Positions 37,079-50,100 of a stretch of DNA of 64,000 bases are shown one piece after another; position 1 is the first letter of the stretch, and every line of letters begins with the position of its first letter. The notes beneath the pieces were generated by a model. The model had not been told where the DNA came from and did no database searches. It saw only the letters and a list, made by a program, of their open reading frames with translations. The DNA comes from Anthoceros angustus (lineage: Eukaryota; Plantae; Anthocerotophyta). Position numbers and translations under genes: made by a program. Where the stretch lies: positions 186,001-250,000 of the forward strand of contig VJWM01000126.1 of assembly GCA_010909165.1 (NCBI GenBank), read 5' to 3'.

Positions 37079-37712
37079 AAACTTTTATCACTTTTTTGGA
37101 ACTCTAAAGACCTCCCAATGTGATTTTTTAAGAATAATGGGAAAATAATCATCTTTTTTACTCTTTTTAACAGTACCAAGTCATCATCTTACATGCAGCT
37201 CTTAAAATAATATAAATCCTAATTAAAATTCACATATTAGAAATGCTGGGAAAGTGTACCATGCATACGAATTGCCTCATAAAATTCATGATTGCCTGCA
37301 AAGAAATGCCCCAAAAATACTTTGAATCAGGTTCACAAACTAAGCTCTTAAGTGAATAGAAAAGCTAATCACTCATTGATATGAGCTAATTAAGTATATG
37401 TATATGTTATGCGTAGGAGTACTACATATATGAGAATTACAATCCTACTCTTGATATGTGTGGTATCTTATATATTGAGATAAATAACATAGGCTTCTAT
37501 CTCTAGCATAAGAGTTCGGCAAAACTTCTTAAATAAACCCCAAAAAAAAAACTTACTGAATTATGTTTGTCGCTAAAGCGTCCGACCTGAGATGTGTTAT
37601 AAAATGCAATAACAATAGAAGATAGGTATCTTGGAAGATAAGAGAATGTCTATGATACTCCCACTATCTTCATGGGCAACAAAAAGTACTTTCGTTAATC
37701 TACCAAGATATT

Positions 37713-37877
37713 AAAAATAAAACAAAACAACCTTAGTCAAATAACCTACTAAGTTACCAAAAATGAACCAAACCAACCTCAGTCAAATAATGTACTAAGG
37801 TATCAAAAATGAAACAAACCAACCTCAGTCAAATAATCTACTAAGATTTAAGCTATGAAACAAACCAACCTTAGTCC
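37713..37877. repeat. 46-bp tandem repeat (~3.5 copies) in an AT-rich block
   Basis: AAAAATGAAACAAACCAACCTCAGTCAAATAATCTACTAAG... starting at 37713, 37759, 37805 and 37851. Confidence 0.9.
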
Positions 37878-38017
37878 GTAACAATTACAAATAAATTCAA
37901 AAAAAAAAAAAGCAAATGTAGCTTCGATCAATTATCCGCTATGATCTCGAAAAATAGAACAAATTAATCTCAGTCATCATGTTTACGATTTTTTTATGGG
38001 GATGAACGTTTACGAGG

Positions 38018-38378
38018 GAGATCTTTATATAGGGAATGAGTTACCCCATTTAAGAATCTATCCTAGTATAGGACTACCCAGAGTCTATATCCTAGAATAG
38101 TATTACACAGAAATCTTTGTATAGGGAGTGAGTTGTCCTATCTAAGAATATATCCTAGTACAGAAGCTATTTAGAGCCTATATCTTATAATAGTATTATG
38201 CATTTATGTACAAAAGAATCTATCCTAGTATGCGAGCTACCTAGAGTCTATATCCTAGAATATTATTGCATAGAGATCTTTGTATAGGCAGTGAGTTGTC
38301 CTATCTAAGAATCTATCCTAGTACAGAAGCTACCCGAGCCTATATCTTGTAATAGTATTATGTATTTATGTACGAAAG
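38018..38378. repeat. Higher-order degenerate tandem repeat (~160-bp period built from TATCCTAG subunits)
   Basis: Recurring AAGAATCTATCCTAGTA / GAGTCTATATCCTAGAATA / GTGAGTTGTCCTATCTAAG words. Confidence 0.8.
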
Positions 38379-39976
38379 TGCACCTTGTGTACCTTCTAAC
38401 TTTCCAATTTCTTTTGTTCATATGGACGATATCAGAAGGTTATGTCCGAGTCACCGAGGTAAAGCGTAAAACGCATCTCAGAAAGTTAAAGAGAAACACA
38501 TCATCTAGACTTCTTCCTAGTCATCGAGGTAAAATGCATTTTAGGAAGTTAAAGAGAAACACGTCATCTTGACTTCCTTGCCTTTTTTTGCTTAATTATA
38601 CTATTGTATTCATGGTAGGTGAAGCTAGGTTCTCTTGCACGTGAAGCTAGTAAAATGCCTGGGGACGTAATTCTTGTATTCAATGGCCAGAATGTCAGCA
38701 CTAAATTTTCGGTTTGTACCTTTGCTCTTAGGTTTTTTCATTCTTTGTTTCTCGTGCTGGTGCTTGTTTTCTGATAACAGGTTTAGCACTTCACACGTTC
38801 CGGATGATAATGGGTCCATGTCGTGCTGCAAAGCAGTAGAGCTGCCATGCCCAGATGCCATGGTCAGCAAGCGGGCTCTTGGTATCATAAGTCAAAAATG
38901 AAAGGTCAGACCACTTACTGTGGGCCTGGCAAAGACTACTGCCTACAATAGGCTTAGAGCCCGCGAACAGAAAAACAAGCTTGAAGTTTGTGACCTCTTA
39001 CCCCGGAATGCGACCCCAAGATGTTGCAAAAGAAGACAAGAATCAGTGTCGCGAGGAAGTATGGCTGCCTCTTTACTAGACAAACATCAACAATATTAAT
39101 CCACTTAGCTTGGAGTGTTGAGCTACATATATAGCCTTTGGTGTCTGCCATCTCTCGCTACCGCATGCTCCTCATCTGCATGAAGAATAGTAGAAAAGAG
39201 TATGCGCTAGGTAATATAACTATTTAGTCCTTGGCCTTTGGCAATAATGTCTGCTTGGAAATAATCCCTTATTTTCTTGGCCCTTGGCAGTGATGCCACT
39301 AATTACATATTTCCTTGGACTTCGACCAACGTTTATATTGTTTATGGCTATAAATAATGAATCCGAATCCTCGTGCATCATTCCATCATTCCTCACACAC
39401 ATCATAAGAACATACATGGCTTATGCATGTCATGGAACATGCTCTCTCTACAGACTATCTCACATGCCATCCATCCTCATACATGCACATACATATATGC
39501 ATCATATGCCCTCATGGGCTCATTTACCACTTCATGACATATGGCTTATCCCATGTGTTAGCGTTATTTTTGCTGTCACTTTATTTCCATGTGTCCAGTC
39601 AATCAGTCAGTCAATCTAACTTACAGTTTATGGCATGACATCCACTTATATGCGCTTGGACAGATCCGCAAAATTGTAGGCACTAGAATTGAAATTGGCA
39701 TCGGGGCCATCATCTGCCACCCAAACAACACACTTGCGAAATACATCATTGTGCTAGTTGAAAACCCATACACTAGGTATTATTGCAACAAACAGGTAAT
39801 TGAGCTCAAATTCGCTTAATCGCGGCGTTCGCTTGATTGCAAGGGTTGCATGTATGCGAAAGAGCTAAATTATCGATGTTGGTTGCCTTGGTTTCGATGT
39901 TGGTTGTTTTGGTTATTTATTGGTTACCTTGGTTGCTTTCACGACATAAGCGTGGTTGTTCCATTATATGGGATGG

Positions 39977-42110
39977 TGTGGACTGCGGGCTTCCCCCCTT
40001 AGGAAGGTAATGAGCTTGTTTTTGTTTTTTTTGTTAGTGTGGAGTGGAAAATAAGGGGAAAAAGGGGAAATAAGGACGAGAACAGGTGAAAGAGGAATGG
40101 ATGACTGAAAGTGTGGGCTACGGACTCCCCTTGGGGTTAGGAAATGAGTTGGGTTTTGTTTTTTTCGTAGGTCCGAAGTAGAAAATAAGGCGTAAAGGAA
40201 GGAATAGGTCCGGAATACTCCGGACTACACTCCGGAGTGGGTCCCAAGACTCCGGAGTACACTCCGGAGGAGCCACGGACTGCACACCGAAGGGGCGGCT
40301 GGATCGCACACAGAAATGACAGGGTAAGTCCGGACCACACTGCGGAGCAGGATAGGATAAATACGCCAAGTAAAGTAACTTAGGAGTTGGAGCGTGTTTT
40401 GACACCAGCCAATGGACGTGACCGAGAGGAGGACGGCATGCATGACTGTAGACCGTAGGGGTGCCATACGTTATAAGGTATTCCAAGTCGCGCGGCCAGG
40501 TATCGAGTACGGCGAAGGCGCTGCAGTAAGCCGGCGGGTGAGAGTAAGCCATGCACCTCCTGGGCCACGGACAGGAACGGCACCCTCCCGCCGACTACTC
40601 CCGACGACGCCGCCGCCTGGGAGGGTCATTTCGCGACCGAGACACCGCAGCCTCGCCCGCAACCCCGCCTCGGCGCTATCTCCGAGGCCAGCACCGGCGC
40701 TCACCTTCGTGGTTGGAGCAACAACGCGCAAGAGGGAGCATCGTGCCGGCGACAATCGCCACACGGGAGCAAGAAGAAGGCGGCGATGGGACCCAAGAAG
40801 GCTGGAGGTGGAGCTCGGCGCTTGGTGGAGCGCAGATTGTCACCGTGAGATATCCGACTTCTGATTGCGGGGAGGCAAGACCTGGGAGAAGTGGCACCGA
40901 CATCTTTAGGGAGGTTTGGACGCTTGATGCCCACGCCGCTGTGGAATACGCTTAGGAAGATGCCGCACCGCCAATAAGGAGGTGCGTCAAGAGCCTAAGG
41001 GAGGACCCTGTGAGGTGTGGAGGTCCCGAGGGCGGTTTATAACCGCCAGAAGAAATTGGGGCGAGTCCCCCCTCAAGGCAAGGGGAAAGATAGAGGCGGC
41101 AAAGGCGTACGGCCGGACGCAACGAACAACCAACGGCCGATGTCGATTTGTTGGATGAGGGTGAGAGCAAAGGGCCGTGATCATTGTCCATCGGAACCCC
41201 GCCACCAAGGTAGATCACCTTGGTGACAATTTATTGGTGTTCCTGCATGCTCTGCAGCGGGGCAAGAGGGCCGACTGGGGAAGGATCATCTTCGCCCGGT
41301 TCAACCAGGAGGCTCATAAGCTGAGGTGCGAGAAGCCACCTCCATCAGGACTATCACCATATCTGATCCATGTGTGGGGACACGCGAACCTCCTGAAGGA
41401 GGGCGAGGAGGAACGAGCACTCCGGAAGGGACTAGCCGCTCTACCGGAGGCAGAAGGAAAAGTGCAGGAAGCGGAGGCCCGGCCAGTCCGGAGCAAGAGG
41501 GCCCGGGAGGAAGACGACTGGGAGGTGATTCCGGACTCCATATGTCTGGAGCGAACCCCCTCGCCGCCTAGGGAAGTGTGAGAGGACATCCCGCCTTCTC
41601 CCTGGGATGAGGAGAGGGGAGGGGAGGGAAAAATCCGGACACAGCCGCCTGTAGGATGGTTACCCACCGTGGCCGAGGAAATCGTCAGTGTGCTGCCGCC
41701 CGACGGTTGGAGGATTGCTCCATGCAGCCGGGAAGCTGGTAGGGGAGGGGTAGAGGAGGCAAGACAGGGCTGGAGAGGGGAGGGAATGGAAGCTCCTGAT
41801 CCTCCCACATGAGCTTCACTCCCAACGCTCCGGAGTTCCTCCCCCTACCTGCAATCCAAGTCCAAATCCAAAAGGGAGAAGCGGGGAGGGGGGGGATTGA
41901 GAAGGAAGGGAGGAAGAAGAGGAAGAGAGGGGGAGGGAAAGGAGAGAATGGAATGGAGGAAGGGAGAAGGGAAGAGAGGAAGTGAGGGGATAGGGAGGCG
42001 GCTGCAACCCTTGCCTCTAGCTCTAGCTAGGGCACGGCCTCCATATCCGTTGAGGCCAGCCACGCTAGACTCTGACACACCCTACCCCACATATTCCCAT
42101 TCCTAGGTCC
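39977..42110 (+). mobile_element. Probable gypsy-related relic (LTR-like start, broken accessory ORF, GA-rich tail)
   Basis: Begins TGTGG..CCCC..GGAAGG..T-rich like the LTR at 54404 and carries ACTCCGGA repeats. Peptide ADWGRIIFARF..KPPPSGLSPYLIHVW..LLKEGEE (41177-41581) recalls TE-associated ORFs of bryophytes. No TSD found. Confidence 0.45.
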
Positions 42111-42448
42111 CTCTTATTATTTTATATTATTTTATTATTTTATATTATTCTATATTATTTAATCATTTACTAATAATATTAAACTAATCACCAGACCTAA
42201 GGTCAAACCTTCCCAACCCTATGGTCTGGTACCGGACCTAAACTTCCCAGGTCTGGGACCAAACCTATACCCACTCTTACAACCAAACCAACTATTTTCT
42301 GGTCAATTAACCTAATTAGCACAAAGAAAAATAGGAAAAATGACCAAAAAAATAAAGAAAAATTAGGGAACAGAAGTAGAAAAAGAAAACCAAACCATAC
42401 CCATATTAACCCTTTTTCAACCAAAACAAACTACTACCCCAAACTTTG

Positions 42449-42766
42449 GAGGTTCACAATGCGGATGCACCATGTGGCAATCTTTTCTTCCTCTTCCATG
42501 CTAAAAACAGTGCCTCCTTTTTTGTTGCTCTTCACTTTGCCATGCTTCCAATTCCACAATGTGCTTTTGCTTATGTTGAAAGCTACCTCAGCCTCTCTAA
42601 GAGTCATACCATCCTCTATGGCAATGAGGGCATGCTGCAAACGCTGTTTCCAATCTTGGGGGATACTCCTTGCTGTCCTTGGGAGCCTCACTTTCCAGTT
42701 TGGCAACCCTGCTTGGAGAGCTGCTGTGCTCACTCGCTGTTTTGCTGACACTTTTACTCTGGCCAT
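42449..42766 (-). pseudogene. N-terminal pipsqueak-type HTH of a pogo/Tc5-like transposase, truncated
   Basis: LQHALIAIEDGMTLREAEVAFNISKSTLWNWKHG..KG..VFSMEEEEKIATWC matches the HTH_psq-linker-CENPB/Tc5 helix-1 pattern. No DDE domain follows. Confidence 0.75.
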
Positions 42767-44249
42767 GGTTTTTGACTGGGAGCAGAACGAAAGCAAGGAG
42801 CAAGAGCTTTTAGTTCATAAAGGAGCTTTTAGTTCATAAAAGAGCAGTCTGAATGACAACATGCAGGTGAAACTGTGCTTACTGAGCAATGCCTCTCTCT
42901 TGGAGTGTTCTTCACGTGCACGTGTCCTCCTTCTCAACACTGTGTCAAGCCTTGGAGGAGGTTGTGGATCTTCATTCACTGCTAATCGTGTTCCTTGCTG
43001 CCCACGTTTGGAAAATTGCTGATGTAAACAGCAATCTGCAGGATAGAGAAAAGGACGAGGGCAAGAAGTGCAACTTGCTGCGGTGGCAGCACAAGCTTCT
43101 GCAAACAATTGAGAGTCCTCTATGAATTTATGCTGACAGCAACAGTGAAAAGATGAGAAGAATGGCCCGTGCTCCTTCTTTGTGCAAGTGATGCAACCAC
43201 AGTGGTGACAACCACGTTTTCTTTTGTGCATCGTTTGCTTGCACATGAAGAATGAGCACTGAAGTGCAGGGCTTTGCAGGAGATCTGGCTTTGGATGACT
43301 TTGGCTAGGGCTGTATGGTTTTGGAGGTCTGGAAGCCACTTTGGCGGGATTGTTAGGCGGTAATTGAGGCTGGAACTTGAATTTGAGCATGGAACATTGA
43401 TTATGATATAAATCCAGAACTGCAGGTCACGGTGTCACACCAGAGCCACATTCTGTAAAGAAGAAGCCATAATTCAGTGGCTTAAATCTCACTTTTCTAT
43501 CAATCTTGGATTCTGTGAGAAGATTTTCAGCAGAAGCTTAAATGTTCTGGCAGAATTCTATGCATACTCTATCTGCAGAATCCAGATCTACTTTAAAATA
43601 CTCTGATCCATAATGGGAAGACCTAGAAAATGCGAAAGAAACGCTTCATTTTTTATCAAGACGTTTCGTCTGTCCCATTACACCGCCACCAGGCAGAAAT
43701 TCTGTCCCAGGCTTGTCCCAAATCGGGTCTCGTACTCTATGTCATGCTTACTGGGCTCCTAATTTCTGGGCTCTATACAACATGACGGATAAAGTGCTGG
43801 GTATTGCATTTCGTAAACTGGGATTTCATGTGCACAGCGCAACGGCAGGCTTGACAGGCGGTTTGGTTGGCGATTTCTCAGCTTATGCTCTACTACCACA
43901 GGTTCTCTTCATCCTTGGTTCTACATGTCGATTCATAACTTGTCTGTAGCAACCTGCTTCAGGCTACGCAGCTAAGGTGCCAACATTCTGTGCAAGTCAC
44001 TCCAGCCATGACCATGAGCCTGGTTCTTCTGGCAATGCTGCCTTGCCTAAACAGGATTTGGAGGGATCCTGTCGAAACAGAAGTTGGTAGGTGGATAACC
44101 TATGCTATAGCTGTGGATTCATACTCAGCTGGCATGTGCATGAAAAGGCGTCCATTCACATAGTTATACCTCACAGCCATCAGGTCCGCCAGACATTACA
44201 TAAACTTCTACAGAGCATCGTACCTCTTCAAAAAAACTCCTCTACAGTA

Positions 44250-44458
44250 GAGAGCCCGCAGTCACTTAACACAGTCAGATTACATAGCAGAATGAGTTCT
44301 ACTGAAGAGCCCGCAATCACTTACACAGTCAGATTACATAGCAGGATGAGTTCTACTGAAGAGCCCGCAATCACTTACACAGTCAGATTACATAGCAGGA
44401 TGAGTTCTACTGAAGAGCCCGCAATCACTTACACAGTCAGATTACATAGCAGGATGAG
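44250..44458. repeat. 54-bp tandem repeat (~4 copies) overlapping the stop codon of the minus-strand gene
   Basis: CAGATTACATAGCAGGATGAGTTCTACTGAAGAGCCCGCAATCACTTACACAGT repeated. Confidence 0.95.
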
Positions 44459-45920
44459 ATGTAAAACTCATCCTGGTTCCATCCATGTCCAGTTTTCCCA
44501 GAGCAAGAAGGGTGCGTCCAATGAGGACATACTTCCCTTTGTAAAAGTTTGCACTCTGGTGGACAGAGAACCCTTGAAATTCGATGTCTAGTTTAGCTTT
44601 CCATATCTTGGTTTTACCTTCTTCTTCTCCATCTCCCTCACCAGTGCAATACATCAAACGAGGAGTTGCACCTAGTCCTAAGGGATCATTCTTCAGGGTC
44701 TCGAGAAGGTCATTGAACAAGCCTACGGGCAAACTCAAGCAGCTCGCTCCGGAGTCTACGACTCCATCCTCCACGCTAAACCACAGGCATAGATCTTCCT
44801 TCCGTCCGAACTGAACAGGAAGTCTACCTACAGAACTCGACTTCTCAAGGTCTACAAGCACAAAACCTTCATCTGTTACCTCACTCTCCTTGCCATAACA
44901 GAAGTACAATCCATGTGGACCCATTTGAGGAATGTCGTCCCAGTTGTTTGTACCCGTAGGTACTATCTTTCCATCATTACCTTTCGAAGCAAAACAAAGC
45001 AAATCAGGAACATCATAAGAAGCAAAACAAAGCAAATCAGGAACATCATAAGAGTAAGAAAAGTAAATAAAACAAACTGAATCTTATATACCTGAGAAGA
45101 TATATTGTCCCACATACGACTGAGGAAGGGCCTGTCGTTTACTAATGTAGTTGGTGATGCCAGGGAGAAGCGGTAACCCAGTTTCTTCGGCATCTTTTCT
45201 AACTTCCTCCAGAAACTTAAGATTCGCATACTCCAGTTGTTCGGGTGTCACAGTTTTTGGGGCGTGGAAAACATAGTTTAGAGGCCTCCACTCAGTTTCT
45301 TTCAGTACCGACTTCCCATCTTCATCAGTAACGTGAAGTTCAAAATAATGGATCAAACCAGCATCTATCTCGTGCAGTTTGGTGCTGAATGAAAGCAAAC
45401 AGATGTTAGTATCATAAAAGCCCGTATCCTAGTAATCATGTACAAGAAATACAAAACATAAGTTACCTTGTTACTGTCTTATCTGCGGTTTGAAAAAGCT
45501 TGAACTTCTGTCGGAGCTTGGTATAACAGAACACTTGCAGGTCCTTCATGTGTGAAAATGGAGTCCACTCGATGGTCAAAGTATTTCTTATTCCAGAAAC
45601 CTGTAAGCAAGTATCAAGATACCTTTCAGACCTTCATCCACCTGAAACCATCATAACCTGAAGAAGACCATAATCTCACTCACCTTAAAAACTTGTTCTG
45701 AGGATTCCATCCCACCTGTCCTCCTCACTCTACGAGGAAGTGGACGAGCAAGGGCTTGAGTGCTCTTCACTGACCTCTGCAACATATCCAGAAGATCAGA
45801 GCATTTCATGTTTTCACGTATGTGCTCTACAAGCTTCGTCTCTGAGGGGAATAACCGCCTACAGTCTTTGTGAGGGCAAGTAAATCGGTGCCGCTGCACA
45901 TGACTACTACTGGACGCCAT
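44442..45920 (-). CDS. Uncharacterised 400-aa protein: N-terminal C2HC-type zinc finger, possible ubiquitin-like domain, C-terminal retropepsin-like aspartic protease
   Basis: Exons 45920-45684, 45600-45467, 45384-45092 and 44980-44442 with GT-AG introns of 83, 82 and 111 nt give 1203 nt in one open frame. Motifs FTCPHKDCRRLFPSETKLVEHIRENMKC, VVDSGASCLSLP and VLIGRTLL. Confidence 0.78.
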
Positions 45921-46543
45921 CCCGACTAGCAATGAAAGGCATAAACCAAAACAGCTCCAGCAGAAAGCAATCAACAGCAACAGCCAGGAGATGGGCAATC
46001 AGCAATAGCCGAGAGAGAGGGCAGCCAATAACAGCCTGCAGAGCCAAGAGGATTGACCACCGCAGATACAGAGTAACAACAGCCCGCAGAAACACAAGAG
46101 AAGAAGAGAAGAAGAGACAACACAGGAGAGAACGTAAAGACGAAAGAAGAGCACCAAGCAGCGGGCAATAGCCGCTGGCATCAACAAACAGAATCCTGGA
46201 AGGAAGAGATTAGAGGAAACAAAGAGCACATACCTCTTCTTCCAGGTTCTTCCAAGTACGTTGTGGAGCTGAAATTGCAGACACGATTCTTTCTCCTGAC
46301 AGCCTTCGAAGGGAGACGAGAGCCTTCTGATGGAGCGTGAAGATGTGAAGCCACAGCTAGGAGCGTGAACTTGTTCCGCTTGTTAGGCACCTGTACCGCG
46401 TACTCGACGTGATGAAAGATCGAATCTTCGATGCAGTACACCGACTCGGGTTTTATGGTGTAGAGTACGAGACCCGATTCGGGACAGGGAAATTAGAATA
46501 TTTGTATAATATTGAATTCTTCGTAAAATAATATCAGGTTTTA

Positions 46544-47107
46544 AGTAACAAAGCTGGCTTGAGTGCTTTGCAAGAAAGCTCCATGCAGAGGCATGTTTAG
46601 AAGAGCAGCTTACTAAGAGCATGTTAAGCATGCAGCCCTAGGAAGTGTATGGTAGTAAATAATAGCTTAAAGCTTAAGTAAGTAGTTACTAAGATTGTAG
46701 CTAGGGCTTGAGTATAAAGGAGACCTCTAGGCTAAAGACAGTTCTCAACCTTGAGAGCACTTGTTGCTTGGGTTGCGCCTTGAGAGCACTTGATGCTTGG
46801 GCTATGCCTTGAGAGCACTTGTTGCTTGGGCGTAAAGGGAGGCCGTGAAGGAGCTTTGTGGAGGAGGTCAAGTGAGAGAGAGCTAAGCTCCTAGCTTAGG
46901 CAAAGATGGGGAGTTCTCTCTAGCCCTCCACTGTATGTTCTTGTTGACTCGTGATCTAAGAATAAAGAGCGGTGCAAGAGTCTTTGTCTGCGAGTCCTCC
47001 TAGAAGAGGAGGGCGGCTACTTGGAGGCCTAGTCGTGTCCGTGTTGATTTATTACCCTAGTTTGCTTCTAATCAGTGGTTTTCCCACCCCGCTGAGAGGG
47101 TGTTACT
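46544..47107 (+). repeat. Chromovirus 5' LTR
   Basis: AGTAACA...TGTTACT; contains three CCTTGAGAGCACTTG..GCTTGGG units. Confidence 0.93.
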
Positions 47108-50100
47108 TGTGGTCAGCATAGGTTGAAGCATCTTTGACTAGTACGCTAGTGGAGATGGCGAGATCTGCGAGCCGAGAGTGGAAAGGATGCCCGGAAGATA
47201 AGGCCCGCTTACTGTGGAAGAGCCTGAGTCCGCAAGTTGTGAGAATGGAGGAAGGAACTTGGGCAGGACCCGGCACCATAGAGGACCAGCTCAAAAGATC
47301 ATGAGGAGACTTGATGCCATGGATCGAGATTAAAGGCGGAAGCTCGTTGAAGAAGAGCCAAGAAGTGGAGCTGAGCAGAGGCATCCAAAAGTCTAAGAAG
47401 TTGAGGTGAGCATACAGCCCCAAAGACTTATAAAGGCGAGCGTGACGAGAAAATCAGCCTTGGTTTTCTCTTTGGGCGTACCTCGAATCATGCAGTGCAA
47501 GATGAGTACGTGACGTCACGAATTTCTTAGAGGATTATGCTCTTACTTGGTGGAGGACTTACGTTGAGAACGTAAGGCAAGGCAATCGCAGAGCCACAAT
47601 CTTCACATGGGCAGACTTCAAGCAAGCGCTGCAACTCCGTTTCCAACCCGCTAATGCAGCGAGTTTGGCGCGAAGGATGCTCGACAATGTCAAGCATACT
47701 GGAACTTTGCAGGAGTATGTGAGTGAGTTTAGCTCTATTGTCTTGCAATGTCCAGAGATGCATGAGCAGGACAAACTCCACAAGTTTATCACTGGCCTTA
47801 AGAGATGGGCTCAAAATAGGATAGCTTTGACTAATCCTCAAACACTGCAAGAGGCCATGGCGGCAGATGCTATACCGGATATGTTTATTCAAGAGGCACC
47901 GGTATCAAGAGGAAGATATCCTAGGTCTCGGGGTAGATCTAGAGGAGAGGACGAGCTACCACCACCGTGAATAGTGGAACCAATGAGACTCGGAGGCCGA
48001 GCTAGAGGAGATAACAGGGTCGTGGAAGGCGGCGAAGTGCCTAGCTCGGTGTGTGTGTATGAGAAGGAGGACACTTTGCTAGAATTGTCCACATGTTGGA
48101 GCTCCCAACTTGAATTTGCTGCCAATCCACTGCTCCAAGAGCCGGATTCAAGAACTTCCCGAGGAGCCAGTGGCCGGGCCACATGTTGTGAAGACATGTG
48201 GTGAGTCATCTAGTGTCAAGGATGACACTATAATGAGGAAAGGTGGAGATCTCATGTATATATGTGGGAAGATGAATGGCTTAGATGTAGAGTTGTTGTT
48301 GGATTGCAACCACCCACAATTTTATAACTCCTAGTAAGGCAAGAGAGCTTGGTCTTGAATGGAAAACTTCCACGCCATATGGAATCAAGCAAGCTAAAGG
48401 GACTCGCAATTTGGCGAATTGCATGGAGTAAAGTCAAGTCGAAGCATGGCAAGGAAATGTGAGTTTCACACTCGAGATGGATGACCATGATATCATCTTA
48501 GGCTGGAGTGGATGAGATCCAATGAAGTGTATATGGATGTTAAGTCTCGCACTATTGAGATATCCAAGAAGCACAAGGTGAGTTGTGCTAGTGTTAGCCG
48601 AGCTTGAGACTCCATCAAGACATTTTCAAAAAGAGAGCTTAAGAAGGATCTCGGAAAAGAAGGAGCTATACTTAGTTGTACTCCAAGGACTAGAGGATGG
48701 TCTAGAAGAAGATTCCACAGAGGTGAAAGACATCCCAAAAGAAGTACAAGCTATCTTGGATGAGTTCAAGGATTTGATGCCGATGAGTTGCCACCATTCT
48801 CTCGCAGTAGTAGATCATGAGATTGACTTGAAGCTGGGACGCCTCCTTCAAGAGCACCGTATAGATTGTCAGGATGAGTTGCAAGAACTCAGCGACAACT
48901 ATCCAACTGTTGGCAAAGGGATATGTCGAGTTTCTAAGTCTCCTTTTGTGCTTTGTTCACGCAAAAGAATGGAGGACTCGATTGTGTGGATTACGAGCTC
49001 AATCGATTACAATCAAGAATGCATATCCTTTGCCTAGAATGGATGATATGTTGACAGTTGAAGGGTGCCAAGTATTTCCAATGGATCGAGATTAAAGGCG
49101 GAAGCTCGTTGAAGAAGAGCCAAGAAGTGGAGCGAGCTCGAGAGCGATCGCCAAAAGTCTAAGAAGTTGAGGTGAGCATACAGCCCCAAAGACTTATAAA
49201 GGCGAGCGTGACGAGAAAATCAGTTCTTGGTTTTCTCTTTGGGCGTACCTCGAATCATGCTGAGTGCCGAAGATGAGTACGTGAAGCTCACGAATTTCTT
49301 AGAGGATTATGCTCTTACTTGGTGGAGGACTTACGTTGAGAACGTAAGGCAAGGCAATCGCAGAGCCACAATCTTCACATGGGCGACTTCAAGCAAGCGC
49401 AACTCCGTTTCCAACCCGCTAATGCATGAGTTTGTAAGGATGCTCGACAATGTCAAGCATACCGGAACTTTGCGGAGTATGTGAGTGAGTTTAGCTCTAT
49501 TGTCTTGCAATGTCCAGAGATGCATGAGCGGGACAAACTCCACAAGTTTATCAACGGCCTTAAGAGATGGGCTCAAAATAGGATAGCTTTGACTAATCCT
49601 CAAACACCGCAAGAGGCCATGGCCGGATATGTTTATTCAAGAGGCACCGGTATCAAGAGGAAGATATCCTAGGTCTCAGGGTAGATCTAGAGGGAGAGGA
49701 CGAGCTACCACCACTGTGAATAGTGGAACCAATGAGACTACTGGCAGAGGCCGAGCTAGAGGAGATAACAGGGTCGTGGAAGGCAAGCGTTCCTAGCTCG
49801 GTGTGTGTGATGGAGACAGGACACTTTGCTAGAATTGTCCACATGTTGGAGCTCCCAACTTGAATTTGGTTGCTGCCAATCCACTGCTCCAAGAGCCGGA
49901 TTCAAGAACTTCCCGAGGAGCCAGTGGCCTGGGGCCACATGTTGTGAAGACATGTGGTGAGTCATCTAGTGTCAAGGATGACACTATAATGAGGAAAGGT
50001 GGAGATCTCATGTATATATGTGGGAAGATGAATGGCTTAGATGTAGAGTTGTTGTTGGATTGCAACCACCCACAATTTTATAACTCCTAGTAAGGCAAGA

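Larger units (their letters stand above)
43714..46486. repeat. 26-bp inverted repeats (43714-43739 and 46461-46486) bracketing the ZnF-protease gene; third partial copy at 53833-53848
   Basis: TGTCCCAAATCGGGTCTCGTACTCTA versus reverse complement TGTCCCGAATCGGGTCTCGTACTCTA (25/26). Confidence 0.85.

Noticed and set aside
39977-42458. A single solo LTR (TGTGG...TCACA) interrupting the pogo-like ORF
   Set aside because: The flanks (GATGG versus ATGCG) do not form a TSD and the transposase does not resume on the other side.
44442-45035. The DSG protease exon as a mere LTR-retrotransposon pol remnant
   Set aside because: No adjacent gag, RT or LTR on that strand, and it splices in frame to three upstream non-TE exons.
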